From Basidiobolus meristosporus CBS 931.73 (lineage: Eukaryota; Fungi; Basidiobolomycota), in contig MCFE01000773.1 of NCBI GenBank assembly GCA_002104905.1, positions 1 through 37,411 of the forward strand: a stretch of 37,411 nucleotides of DNA. Direction: 5' to 3'. The position numbers and the translations under genes were made by a program. Below, in pieces: positions 24,026-35,305 of the stretch. Each line of letters opens with the position of its first letter. The stretch's first letter is position 1. Under the pieces are notes generated by a model. It was given only the letters and a program-made list of their open reading frames with translations, was not told the origin of the DNA and searched no databases.

Positions 24026-25547
24026 AAAAATAGGAGTTATAGCAGAATGTTTTGTAGTTCTAATTCATTTGAAGCATGGTATGGATACAGACCAAGTGCA
24101 GAGCATCTGAGAATATTTGGGTGTACAGCATATGCTCAGAAACTACCCAGAAATCAGTCAAAATTTGAGCCATAAAGTGTAAAATGCATATTTTTGGTCT
24201 ACTGAAATGAGAGTAAAGCATGCAGACACTACAATACCAAAGCAAAGAAGCTGCTCAGGTCCAGGGATGTGTTGTTTGATGAAAATTCATAATTTTCACA
24301 AAAAATGACATCAAATGATGACAAAAATCTGATCTCAAGTCCACCAATTGTCAGAATTAAATCAGACAAGAAGTAGCCCAAATTACTATGTCTATGAAGG
24401 TACATTCTTAGCCTATGCCTATTCAGTCCATATTGATGAGCCCCAGACTGTAAAAGAGGCCCTAAATAGCCCTCAGACAAAGTTTTTGAGATCTGCAATG
24501 ACTGAGGAATATCAGGCTCTGATGAAAAATCAAACTTGGGACTTACTCATATTACCAATCAACCAAAAATCAATTGGATGCAGATGGATCTTTAAGACAA
24601 AGTATAAGGCTGATGGTACAATTGAAAGATGCAAAGCAGGACTTGTGGCCAAAGGATACTCTCAAACAAAAGGACTTGACTGTACTGAGACCTTTGCACC
24701 AGTAGCCAAGTTTAATTCTATCAGATTGATATTGGCCATTGCAGTCAAATAAAAGTTTTTTATACATCAAATGGATGTAAAGCAGCATTATAAATGGGGA
24801 ACTTGATGAGGACATGTATATGCACCAGCCTGATGGGTTTGTTGACCTAGATAACCCCCATTTGGTCTGCAAGCTTAAATATTTTCTATATGGTCTCAAA
24901 CAATCACTGAGAGCCTGGAATTGTAAGATAGATTCTTATTTGGAACCTTGGAGTTGCAAAAGGAGTAATGCTGACTATAGTATATACTATAAGCCAGATA
25001 AAGCAAAATCAGCTCAATTAGCTCTATACGTGGATGATCTTGTTATAGCTGCTAATAACCTAACAACATTGGAGGAAACTAAATCCATCCGATCTAAGGA
25101 GTTCAAGATGTCTTATATAGGAAAACTCAGTTACTACTTAGGAATAAGGTTCTCCATAGACAGAAGTATCTGTACCATTGCCCTAATCCAATCCAAGTAT
25201 ATTCAAGATATACTATAGAAGTATCATATAGTTGACTATAAGCTTTCAGCTACCCCAATGGAGATAAACCTTAATTTGGTCAATACTAAGCCAAATCACC
25301 ACAGCTTAGTGCCATCTGAAAGCCATGACTTTCCTTATCAATATATAGCAGGTAGTCTGATGTATGTCATGCTTAGAACACGTCCAGATATCTCATATTC
25401 AGTGGCAGTTGTCAGCCAGCATAATCAGAACTATGGATCAGATCATATTGCAGCAGTTAAGAGGATTTTGGATACCTAAAAGGAGCTGCTAATATCTGCT
25501 TAAGATACATTTGTAAGGATTCAGGAAAGGATCTTGTGGGATACTCT

Positions 25548-25897
25548 TGTTGTAAGAGTCTTGAAGATATTGGAAGTGATTGAGAGGACAAGTAGACTAT
25601 GTGGTTTTCACTCAATGATTTATTGAATGTAAAAGTAGTATTTATACTTTCACATGGTCTTGGCATAAAAAACATGTCAAATAGCTTAAGGAGGGTCTCA
25701 AGAGCATGTGTGCAAAGATTGGGGCTGCTTGGACAACTTTGAGAATTTTCATGTTTGGGGTACCTGGTATTTTGGTGAAAATATTTTAAGTAAATCCCAG
25801 CAAGGAATTTGGTCAGTATTCTCTAGGATTTGAGGGTAAAGATCTAAGTGAATAAGTTAGGTGAATATTTAGGTGGAAATTACAGATTTTTACAACA
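25548..25897 (-). mobile_element. Copia solo LTR inserted antisense in the copia A RNase H
   Basis: 350 bp, TGTTGTAA...TTACAACA, perfect TSD ACTCT; removal restores GGA TAC TCT GAT GCT GAT TGG (GYSDADW). Confidence 0.92.
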
Positions 25898-26371
25898 ACT
25901 CTGATGCTGATTGGGGACAAAACTTAGTAAACAAAAGATCCATCACCACATACACCTTTCTTTACTGTCAAGGAGCAATTTCATGGAATTCAAGAAAGAA
26001 ACCAGCTATAGCACTTTCCACCACAGAGGCAGAGTATATGGCAGCCTGTGAAGCTACAAAAGAAGCAATGTGGCTGAGAAAGCTTCTTATAGATTTAGGC
26101 CTATGTCAAAAAATGCCTATTACTTTACTGCAAGATCATCAAGGATATATATAATTATGCAGAAATCCAACTTTTCATGCTAGAGCTAAGCACATAGATA
26201 GTAGATATCATTTCATATGTGAGGCTATAGAGAATAACTTGGGTAGCTTAGTTTACAGTCCTTCAGATGAAGTGATTCCAGATATATTACCAAACCATTA
26301 GCTAGAGACAAGTTTGAGTATCTTAGGTCAAAATTAGGACTAATCAGTATGAACATTAAGCTGAGTGAGGG

Positions 26372-26721
26372 TGTTGTAAAGATTTGTAATTGCACCTTAA
26401 TATTCACCTAACTTAGTCACTTAGATCATTACCTTCAATTCCTAGCAAATACTGACCAAATTCCTTGTTGGGATTTACTTTGAATATTTTCACTAAAATT
26501 CCAGTTACTGAGAACATGAAAATTCTCAAAGTTGTCCAAACAGCCTCAAACCTAGCACACCTGTTCTTGGGACCTTCCTTAGCCTATTCCATATGTCTCT
26601 ATTGCCAATACTATGCCAAAGTATAAACACTACTTTTACATTCAATAAATCATCAAGTGATAACCACATAATCTACTTGTCCCCCCAAATCACTTCCAAT
26701 ATCTACAAGGCTCTTACAACA
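26372..26721 (+). repeat. 3' LTR of copia A
   Basis: 350 bp, preceded by purine tract TGAGTGAGGG, ends CTTACAACA. Confidence 0.88.
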
Positions 26722-26793
26722 ATAGTCTGTAGTTCTTTAGCCTATTTTTCTCTCAGGGTGATGGTTGCTAATGTATTGGCATTGCGATGCAAG

Positions 26794-27718
26794 TGTTGTA
26801 AGAGCTTTGGACATATTGAAGTGACTTGGAGAACAAGAATATTACTTGGGTTTTGCTAAATGATTAATTGAATTTAAAAGTGGTATTTATACCTTTACAA
26901 GGTCTTGGTGAAGCAAGCCTATAGAATATTTTTGGAAGATCCCAGGAAAATGTGCACAAAGTTTGGGGATGTTTAGACAACTTGCAGGGATTTCATGCTT
27001 CATTTACTTACTGTTTTGGTAAAAATTTTCCTAGTAAATTCTAATAAGGAATATGGTGAGAATCCCCTAAAATATGACAATGATGATTTAAGAGACAAAG
27101 TTAGATAAGCACTTAGGTGCAATTACAAATTCTACAAGTTCCTTCATGAAAAGCTGGATATCCATATAAATGTACACATCCTTAAGTATCTTGAAATAAT
27201 GTTGTGGGGGCTTATTGATATGCACCTAAGTCTCTAAGAGGCTTTCTTAGCCACATTTCTACCATTGCTACCTCACAGGCTGCAATATACTCTTCCTTTG
27301 TAGTGGAAAGTGCTACATCTGGCTGCTTTCTTGGATGTCATGATATTGCTTCTTCACAGTAAAGAAAGTTATATCCAGTGATGAGTCTTCTGCCTCCTAG
27401 ATTTTGTCTCTGATCTGCAGCAGAGCTGTTGTACAGTTTTGCCATCCACACTTGTTGGTTGGATCCATTCAACTTTTCAGCAAAGGGGAAAATTGCAGTA
27501 ATGGCAATGGTAGACATTGCAAATAGTGACAGCTTGTGGCCACTTGCATAGCTTTGAGAATTTTTACTTTCTGGCTGCCTTATATTTTGGTGAAAATATT
27601 GCAAAAAGTAAATTCCAACAGAGAGATTGATCATTATACTCTAAGATTTGAAGGCAATGAGCTAAGTGACTAAGCTAGATGAATATATATATAGGTGGAA
27701 TAACAAAATCTTACAACA
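26794..27718 (-). mobile_element. Internally deleted mini-copia C (partial 5' LTR, gag N-terminus, RNase H fragment, 3' LTR)
   Basis: LTR start at 27718, gag-like MSTIAITAIFPFAEKLNGSN, RNase H-like GYNFLYCEEAIS..ALST, LTR 26794-~27136. No TSD (gcaag vs gtctc). Confidence 0.7.
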
Positions 27719-29461
27719 GTCTCCATATTGTCCATTGTAGACAGAGTGGAGAACCCCCTGACAGATTAAGTAACAACATCAAGAAATCAGAAGAATACTA
27801 CAATGCCTACAGTGGCATTATGAAACTATAACTAGCTCAGCAAAAGGTTTAACACTTCTTCAAGAGCGGTGCTCAAGAAAACATGCCCAAATATTGCAAG
27901 GGTTTATTGCAAAAAGCTACAGATAAGGTGCTAGACCTAGCAGTGCTGGTCAAAGGCTAGGATATATGGGTATCAGTGAATGAACAATGGTATAGAGTTG
28001 TAGGGTTCTCACCAAAATTGTGGAAAAATGGTTTACAACAAAAATACCTATTAAATGGTGAATTTTAATATAGCTACATGTTGAGTGCATAGTTGAGCTT
28101 AATGTGAGTGTAGCATATAGAGACTTGTATAAGTCAGTGTATTTGGCAGTTCAGTTACAACTGAAGATTCAACAGAAATAAACAAATGTGTATGTGTGAA
28201 AGTAAATATGTTAGATAGGCCAGGAAGTAAGGAGTAGGAAAAAGAGACAACAGCCAGTAAATATACACTAATATGGGAGGTGATTGAGTGCACAGAATCA
28301 GAAAGTTAGATAATTGGTAAAGAACAAATCAAAAACCACTAATGTATTGTTGCAAAAAGCAATTTTGGTCAAGTATTTTGTAAGATCTGAGGTGCTGTTT
28401 TCTTGAATGGTCTTTGCACAGTGTCCTCACAGTAGCAATACCTCTTAGTCATAGTTTACTTTATAGATTTTTCATTTTCTACCTACTCTTGCACCATTCA
28501 TATATTCCACTGTAGAATAACCCCTCTATATTTGCTTACCCACTACCACCATGCATACTCTACATATAACTCAATAAAATAAGTACAATAGCCTCCTGCT
28601 CACAAATCTCCACAAATATGCACAGTTACCACAATTGCCACACTTCCATTGTCTCAACTTTACAGCTTCTCAGTGTGATACTTGCAAAGCTCCCACATAT
28701 CTAATATTACTGGTATTATATACCTCTTGCTTGGTGGCTGCCACTTTTTCCATGAATACTACTTGTACATCCACAAAATGTTTTTGATGCTTGGTCAATT
28801 TATCCCTTCTCCCTATTGGATTCTAGTCACTCTTGCAGGTGTGCTATGGCTCTTGTTTGTGTGAATTCCATATTGAATGGTGTAGAAGTTGGCTTGTGAC
28901 CACAAGAAATCCGGCATATTGTGGTGGAGTTTTCCTGATAAAAATTAGTTGCTTGTTGCACCCAACCCAACTTTGCATTTCTAAACTGATTACCCACGCA
29001 TTGTGGCTGCTTAGCTTCTTAATGCCATAGGCATAGGTGTCTCCATGTGCACATTTGTCCTCAGTATTTTCCAACTCTTTCTGGCTGTCCTCCACATGCC
29101 AACTCATCACATCCATGACAGACTTGAAGGTAATATTCTTTATAAGATTGGGATATGGTAGTACCTGCAACTTGACTTGTCTTCCTATCTCCCCACACAT
29201 CTGCTCCATAGGAAACTCCCAAAAGGTGAAGCAAGGCCTGATATTCTCCACACACCATGCAAGATGGAGTAGAGAATGGATACAGTAGTGGCAGAGATCT
29301 ACACATTCAGCTTTATGTTTGTAATATAGCCGCTCAAATCCCGTCACAAACTCCTCACACAACAGCTGTAGATGCGTCAAGTCAGCATTGGTGATTTGCT
29401 TCTGGATAAATATTCCTACAATGTCCACATACAACTCCCAATGCTTCCAATGTACTCTTGG

Positions 29462-29990
29462 TGTTATGAATAGACACAAGGCAGGAGTGTAGAGCTAGGC
29501 AAGGCAGGACCAGGAAAGGACTTAGGTGTGGATCAACAAGGCAAGGCGGATTTCCAAGGCAAGGCTGTTTATTCAAGACCTGTGTTTATCAGACTGAGGA
29601 ATACTTAAGGGGGGATAGGACTATATATACTTTTTGGCTATATTGATGCCAAGAGATATTAGCTAATACTAATGGGGTTGTGGGGTGAGGCACAGCAATG
29701 GTGCTGGGGATAATGACATAGATGACACGGCACTGAGACAGGATGGGGAAATGGATTGGGTCACCTGATCATGTGGCTAAGTCATGTGGCCTGGTATTTT
29801 CATATATGGTACTGGACTATAAAAAATACAATGAAAAGCTTCCATGGAATGTTCCATTGTGTAACAATGGTTTGAAATGGTCAGGAACTTTCTGGAAAGT
29901 AGTAGAAGGTTCCAGAAGGAATCTCTTAGAAACTGAGCTAGGAAGCTGAAACTTGGCATGGGTGATCATGATTGTCATGTGATCATGACA
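29462..29990 (-). repeat. 3' LTR of the chromovirus
   Basis: Direct repeat of 34849-35377; PPT GGAAGAGGAGAATAG abuts it and contains the pol stop. Confidence 0.95.
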
Positions 29991-32900
29991 CTATTCTCCT
30001 CTTCCAGGCAAAGCTCTGTTTCCCTTTGGGGCAGGTTTTGCAGGATATTGCTGGTGGAACTGGGTAACTAGTTCTTGACAATTAGTGAGATGGGTAGCTG
30101 GTTCCCATGTTTGGTCACTTGGACCATAACCAATCCAGTCTACTAAGTAGTATAGCTTTGACCGGATATACTTGGAGTCTAGAATCTGTTTAACTTCAAA
30201 TTCTTGATGTTGGTCAACCTGGATGGCTTGGGGCTTTGTTTCTTGCCGGTTTGGCAATGTGTTCCTACAATATGGCTCCAGGAGGGACACATGGAAAGTA
30301 TCATGGATTTTCATACTTGCTGGTAACTGTAGCTGATATACTATAGGGCTAAGCTTCTTCTTGATCTTGAAGGGACCAAGTTTCTTGAAATCCAATTTGT
30401 CACAAGGGTGGTTGGTGCTGATGTTTCTTCTGAGCAACCATACAGAATCTCCTTCATTAAGATCAGGGCTGGGATGCCATTTTAGATTGGCAAATTTCTT
30501 GTAGCTTTCCTGAGCTAAGGATAGCTCTTCCTTGAGGGTGTTCTGGATGTCCTGGATTGCTTGGGCATGTTCAGCCGCATGTGGGCTCATTGGGTTTCTT
30601 GGAATTTGGATATCAAACTGAGGGTGGAATCCATAGGTTGCATAGAATGGTGTAAAACTGGTTGCACTATGGCTTGAGTTGTTGTAGGCAAACTCAGCAA
30701 CAGGGAGTAGATCAACCCAATTGTCTTGCTGGTAATTGATATAGCACCGGAGGTATTGCTCTAGAATCTGGTTGATTCTTTCAGTCTGGCCATCAGACTG
30801 TGGATGGAAGGCAGTAGAGAGCTTGACTTGAACACCAAGGTATTGCATGAAGTGTTTCCAAAACTTGGACACAAACTGTGGGCCTCTATCTGACACAATA
30901 TCACTGGGGATACCATGAAGGCGGAAAATATTCTTCAGGACTAAAGCAGCAGCTTCTTTTGCATCAGTGTTCTTACAGCAAGGGATAAAGTGAGCCATCT
31001 TGGTCAGCCAGTCAGCCACTACAAGTATAGCATTGAAGCCACATGACTCAGGGAGGTCAGTAATGAAGTCCATAGATATAGATCTCCATTGGTGTTCTGG
31101 GATAGGCAAGGGCTGAAGAAGTCCATAGGGCTGGTGTCTGGCTGGTTTTGCACAGTTGCAAATATCACAAGTCAGAATGTACTCTTTGATAAGAGTTATC
31201 ATTCTAGGCCTCCAGAAATCTCTTTTGATAGCATTCAAGGTTTTGGCAGTACCAAAGTGGCCTGCAGCCATTGAATCATGCCAAGACTTAATGATGTCTA
31301 GCTGGGTGGCAAGGTCTGGGACATAAAGCTGCTGCTTGTGGTAGATGAGGTTGTTTACCAAATGCAGGTTCTGGATGTTTGGGAACTTGGGAGGGGGCCC
31401 AACTGGGGATTCCAGATATTTCTTGATGGTGCTGGAAGTCATATCAGAGGCTTGGGATTCTGATATCCTTACTAGGAATGAAGGGATGACAAGACTTGAG
31501 GACTGGGTGGCAAGAATCTCAAAATGTTTCTTGCTCAGCAATGGGTGTTCCATTTGCCAACAGGCATCATCTCCCTCTTCCAGTGCATATTCCTTTTTTC
31601 TTGACAGGGCATCTGACTTTCCTTGCTTTGCACCAGGTCTATAGGTGATAGTAAAGTCAAAGCTGGACAGGAAGAGTAACCATCTGGCTTGTCTCCGGTT
31701 TAGTACTTTGGAAGTTGCAAAGTACTCAAGGTTCTTATGGTTACAGAAGACTTTGATTTTGTGTTTTGCACTGTTCAGGTAGTGTCTCCATTGCTCAAAG
31801 GCTACAATGATGGCAAGCAACTCCTTATCATAGATATCATAGTTGATCTCTGCAGGGGAAAACTTCCAAGAGTAGAATGCAATGGGGTGCAACACATTGT
31901 CCTCATTGTACTGGGAGAGTATTGCACCAAGGGCAAAATCAGAAGGATCAGTCTCCAATATGAATTGCTTCTCAAGGTCAGGGTGGGCAAGCAGGGGGGC
32001 CTTCAGGAAAGATTTCTTGAGTTGGTTGAATGAGCTGGATTGCTCCTCATTCCAGGCAAAAGGTGCGTTCTTCTGGGTAAGCTTTGTCAGAGGGGTGACT
32101 ATGTTGGAGTAGTTGGCTATGAACCTGCGATAGAAGTTGGCAAATCCCAGGAAGGATTGTACTCCCTTGACTGAGCTGGAGTTTTCCAGGACTGGACTGA
32201 GTCAACTTTCTTTGGGTCCATTCTTGTTCCCTCAGGGCTGATGAGGTAACCAAGAAATTCCACTTCTCTCTGGTCAAATTCACACTTCTCTAACTTGGCA
32301 TAGAGACCGGCAGAGTCTAGTTTTCTCAATACTTTCTTGACATGTTCATCATGTTCATCTTGGCTCTTGGAGTATATGAGAATATCATCAAGGTAGATTA
32401 CCACAAACTGGTCAAGGTATTCACAGAATATGTCATTCATGAGGTGTTGAAACACAGCAGGGGCATTGGTGAGGCCAAATGGCATTACTTTGTACACAAA
32501 GTGACCATATCTTGTGTGAAAGGCAGTTTTCCATTCATCACCAGGCTTGATTCTGACAAGATTGTAAGCTCCTCTCAAGTCTACCTTGGTGAAGACTTGG
32601 GCAGCAGATAGCTGATCCAACAGTGTGTTGATCAGGGGCAGGGGGTAGCGGTTCTTGACTGTGATATTATTCAAAGCACGGTAGTCCACACACATTCTGA
32701 GGGTGCCATCCTTCTTCTTGACAAAGAGGATTGGGGCTCCAGCAGGTGATTTGGAGTGCTGAATAAAACCCTTCTGGAGGTTTTCTTCAATATAACCATG
32801 GAGTTCTTTCAGCTCTGGCTGGGAGAGGTTATATATTGGGCCAAATGGAGGGACTTTTCCATCTTCAAGGTCAATAGGGCAGTCATAAGGCCAATGGTCA

Positions 32901-33538
32901 GGGAGGAGTTCTGCTTTCTTCTTGTCAAACACATGGGCAAACTCTTGGTACTTGGCTGGTATGTTTGCTGAGGGGGCTCCTTCAGCTGGCAAGGTATCTT
33001 GGGCTGTTGAACTGTTGGCAACAGTCTTTTCACGGTTATCAGGGTCTGGAGATTTCATGGAGTTGACTTGGTGGGATCTGGTGAATGACAGGATTTTGGA
33101 TTTCCAATCAATACTTGGATTGTGGTAGCTCAGCCATGAGCTTCCAAGCACAATAGGATAGTGTGGTGAGTTGATGATGTTGAAGGCAATTCTTTCTTGG
33201 TGAGCAGTACTGGACAGCTGAAGTAAGCATGTTTCATGGGTAACGGCACCAGAGGAGAGTGATCTTCCATCAATAACTTCTACTTGGACTGGACAGGATT
33301 TCAAGGTAACAGGAATAGAGTGCTTCTGGACAAAGGCTTGGTCAATGAAACAGGATGAAGCACCGGAATCAATCAGGGCTAGGACTGGGACAGGGCTGGA
33401 GTCAGGGATCTGGATTTTGACAGGCATTCTCAAGGACTGGATAGATTTTGTGGCAAAGGAAGATTCTTGGATATGCTGGATTTTCATGGGTGGGTCCAGT
33501 TGCAAGCCTGTCAGTGCAACTGGACATTGGAGTTTCCC
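29991..33538 (-). pseudogene. pol (PR-RT-RH-IN-chromodomain) of the chromovirus, one frameshift near 32185
   Basis: ORFs 33505-32117 and 31958-29991 are linked by an alternative frame SSVKGVQSFLGFANFYRRFI (1-nt deletion). C-terminal EFEVKQILD...YYLVDWIGYGPSDQTWEP chromodomain. Confidence 0.92.
33494..33538 (-). promoter_or_regulatory. -1 programmed ribosomal frameshift signal at the gag-pol junction
   Basis: Slippery G_GGA_AAC (33538-33532), 6-nt spacer, perfect 11-bp stem GTCCAGTTGCA/TGCAACTGGAC with 10-nt loop; pol is in the -1 frame relative to gag. Confidence 0.85.
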
Positions 33539-34443
33539 AACAGATCTGGATCAGGCTGGTTACTGGAGGACTGCATCAGCTTGAAGCTGGACTTCTTGTT
33601 GGGGCAGGACTTGGCAAAGTGACCTGGTTGGCCACATTATAGACAGAGGTTGGCTTGTCAACGTCTGGACTTTTCACTCTTTGATAGTTTCTTGTATTTG
33701 GCACTATCAATCTGCATGGGATCTTCTGGAGTGACTTGGGGAGCAGGAGGGGCTGGGACTGCAACAGGAATGTGTCTTTGACGGTTCTTTTGCTTCTTCT
33801 GGAATAATCTGTTATCACACCGGATTGCTTGGTGCATAGCTCCAACTAATGTATCTGGATCTGGGAGTGTGAGTAGCAGATCACAAACTTCATCATTGAG
33901 GCCATCTTGGAATTGGCTAATCAAGGCTGCTTGACCCCAGGAGCTGAGGTCACTGGAGAGTTGTCGGAATTCTGAGGCATAGACTGATGCTGGTTTGTTT
34001 GCTTGCTTGAGGGTCTTGATCTTGTTGGCAGCAGTTCTGACTTGGTCAAGGTTACCAAATGTTAGCTCCATTTCAGTGAGAAAAGCTTGGTAGATTCTGA
34101 GGAGGGGAGAGTTGGTCTCCACTAGTGGGGAGAACCACTTGAGAGCTGTACCAGTAAGCAGGTTGGAGATGAAACCAACTTTGGCCTGGTCAGTGGGGTA
34201 CCAGTTGGGCTGGAGTGCAAGATTGTTCTTCACCATGCTGATGAAGCCACAGAATTCATTCTGAGAGCCATTGAACTTGGTAGCAGGAGTATACTTGGGT
34301 TCTTGGTAGACTGGAACATGGCTAGTTTGCTGGACACTTTGGTTCTGGAACTGAGCAAGAGTGTTTCTGAGGTCTGCATGGTCTTGCTGCAGTTGGGTAA
34401 AGGCAGCCATGAGCTGGGCAAAGTTCAGCTCTAGGTTGGACAT
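33511..34443 (-). pseudogene. gag of the chromovirus (retrotransposon capsid plus CCHC knuckle) with two premature stops
   Basis: MSNLE...KFNGS...LTGTALKWF...PMQID; TGA 33660-33658 and TAA 33639-33637 precede and interrupt CL*CGQPGHFAKSC. Confidence 0.88.
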
Positions 34444-34835
34444 GGTAGCAGAGGAAGGCGGAGGAACTTGCAAGGAATACTGGAATATACTAAACTAGGT
34501 TGTAGGTTTGTAAAGCCACTAGTATGTCAAGAATACAACTATTGAGCCACAATCCCCAACTTAAATAAGTTGCGTCACTTCAGAAGGTACTGGTTTCAAC
34601 ATCCTTTGATAGAGTATTGTACTAAAGCTTCCAATACTGTAACAACTGTAAACTCCACCAGCAGGGTAATAAAGTGAATGCAGCTTTGACCAATAGTTTT
34701 ACAAAGATAAAGTATCTTTGCCTTTATAGGACAAGACTAGGGAAAGATGATGGGTGATACTTATGGTGAGTATTCCTTTTACAAGTTTTCTTCAAACTTT
34801 GGGCAGAAGGCAGGGATCCACAGGTAAGTCAGGAG

Positions 34836-34846
34836 AGTCTGACAAA
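34836..34846 (-). promoter_or_regulatory. Self-priming PBS (TTTGTCAGACT)
   Basis: Lacks the TGG start of a tRNA 3'-end PBS; pairs over 11 nt (one G-U) with AGTCTGATAAA at 34982-34972 in the LTR. Confidence 0.75.
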
Positions 34847-35008
34847 ACTGTTATGAATAGACACAAGGCAGGAGTGTAGAGCTAGGCAAGGCAGGACCAG
34901 GAAAGGACTTAGGTGTGGATCAACAAGGCAAGGCGGATTTCCAAGGCAAGGCTGTTTATTCAAGACCTGTGTTTATCAGACTGAGGAATACTTAAGGGGG
35001 GATAGGAC

Positions 35009-35016
35009 TATATATA
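35009..35016 (-). promoter_or_regulatory. LTR TATA box (TATATATA)
   Basis: Separated by 26 nt from the predicted transcript start at 34982. Confidence 0.7.
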
Positions 35017-35270
35017 CTTTTTGGCTATATTGATGCCAAGAGATACTAGCTAATACTAATGGGGTTGTGGGGTGAGGCACAGCAATGGTGCTGGGGATAA
35101 TGACATAGATCACACGGCACTGAGACAGGATGGGGAAATGGATTGTGTCACCTGATCATGTGGCTAAGTCATGTGGCCTGGTATTTCCATAAATGGTACT
35201 GGACTATAAAAAATACAATGGAAAGCTTCCATGGAATGTTCCATTGTGAAACAATGGTTTGAAATGGTCA

Positions 35271-35305
35271 GGAACTTTCTGGAAGGTAGTAGAAGGTTCC
35301 AGAAG
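35271..35305. promoter_or_regulatory. Phased heat-shock element array in LTR U3 (copy at 29884-29918 in the other LTR)
   Basis: GAA at 35272, 35282, 35292, 35302 and TTC at 35277, 35297: nGAAnnTTCnnGAAn twice, in one 5-bp register. Confidence 0.7.

Larger units (their letters stand above)
16844..26721 (+). mobile_element. Ty1/copia LTR retrotransposon A (degenerate host element, interrupted by three same-family insertions)
   Basis: 5'-truncated LTR 16844-17118, PBS, gag (MKMLLQERGLW), integrase to 18970, resumes 19325-19344 and 24031 (AVYLKN|RS), RT (TWDL..LP..KSIGCRW, LYVDD), RNase H (GYS|DADW, SWNSRK), PPT 26362-26371, 3' LTR 26372-26721 (TGTTGTAA...TTACAACA). Many stops and frameshifts. 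Confidence 0.9.

Noticed and set aside
19345-26721. Repeated ~350-bp units as a CRISPR array or satellite
   Set aside because: They are LTRs with TG...CA ends, TSDs, PBS and PPT; no spacer structure and the context is eukaryotic.
28266-28345. CACTA words as a possible CACTA terminal inverted repeat
   Set aside because: Two short hits in AT-rich DNA, no partner end or subterminal repeats visible in the window.
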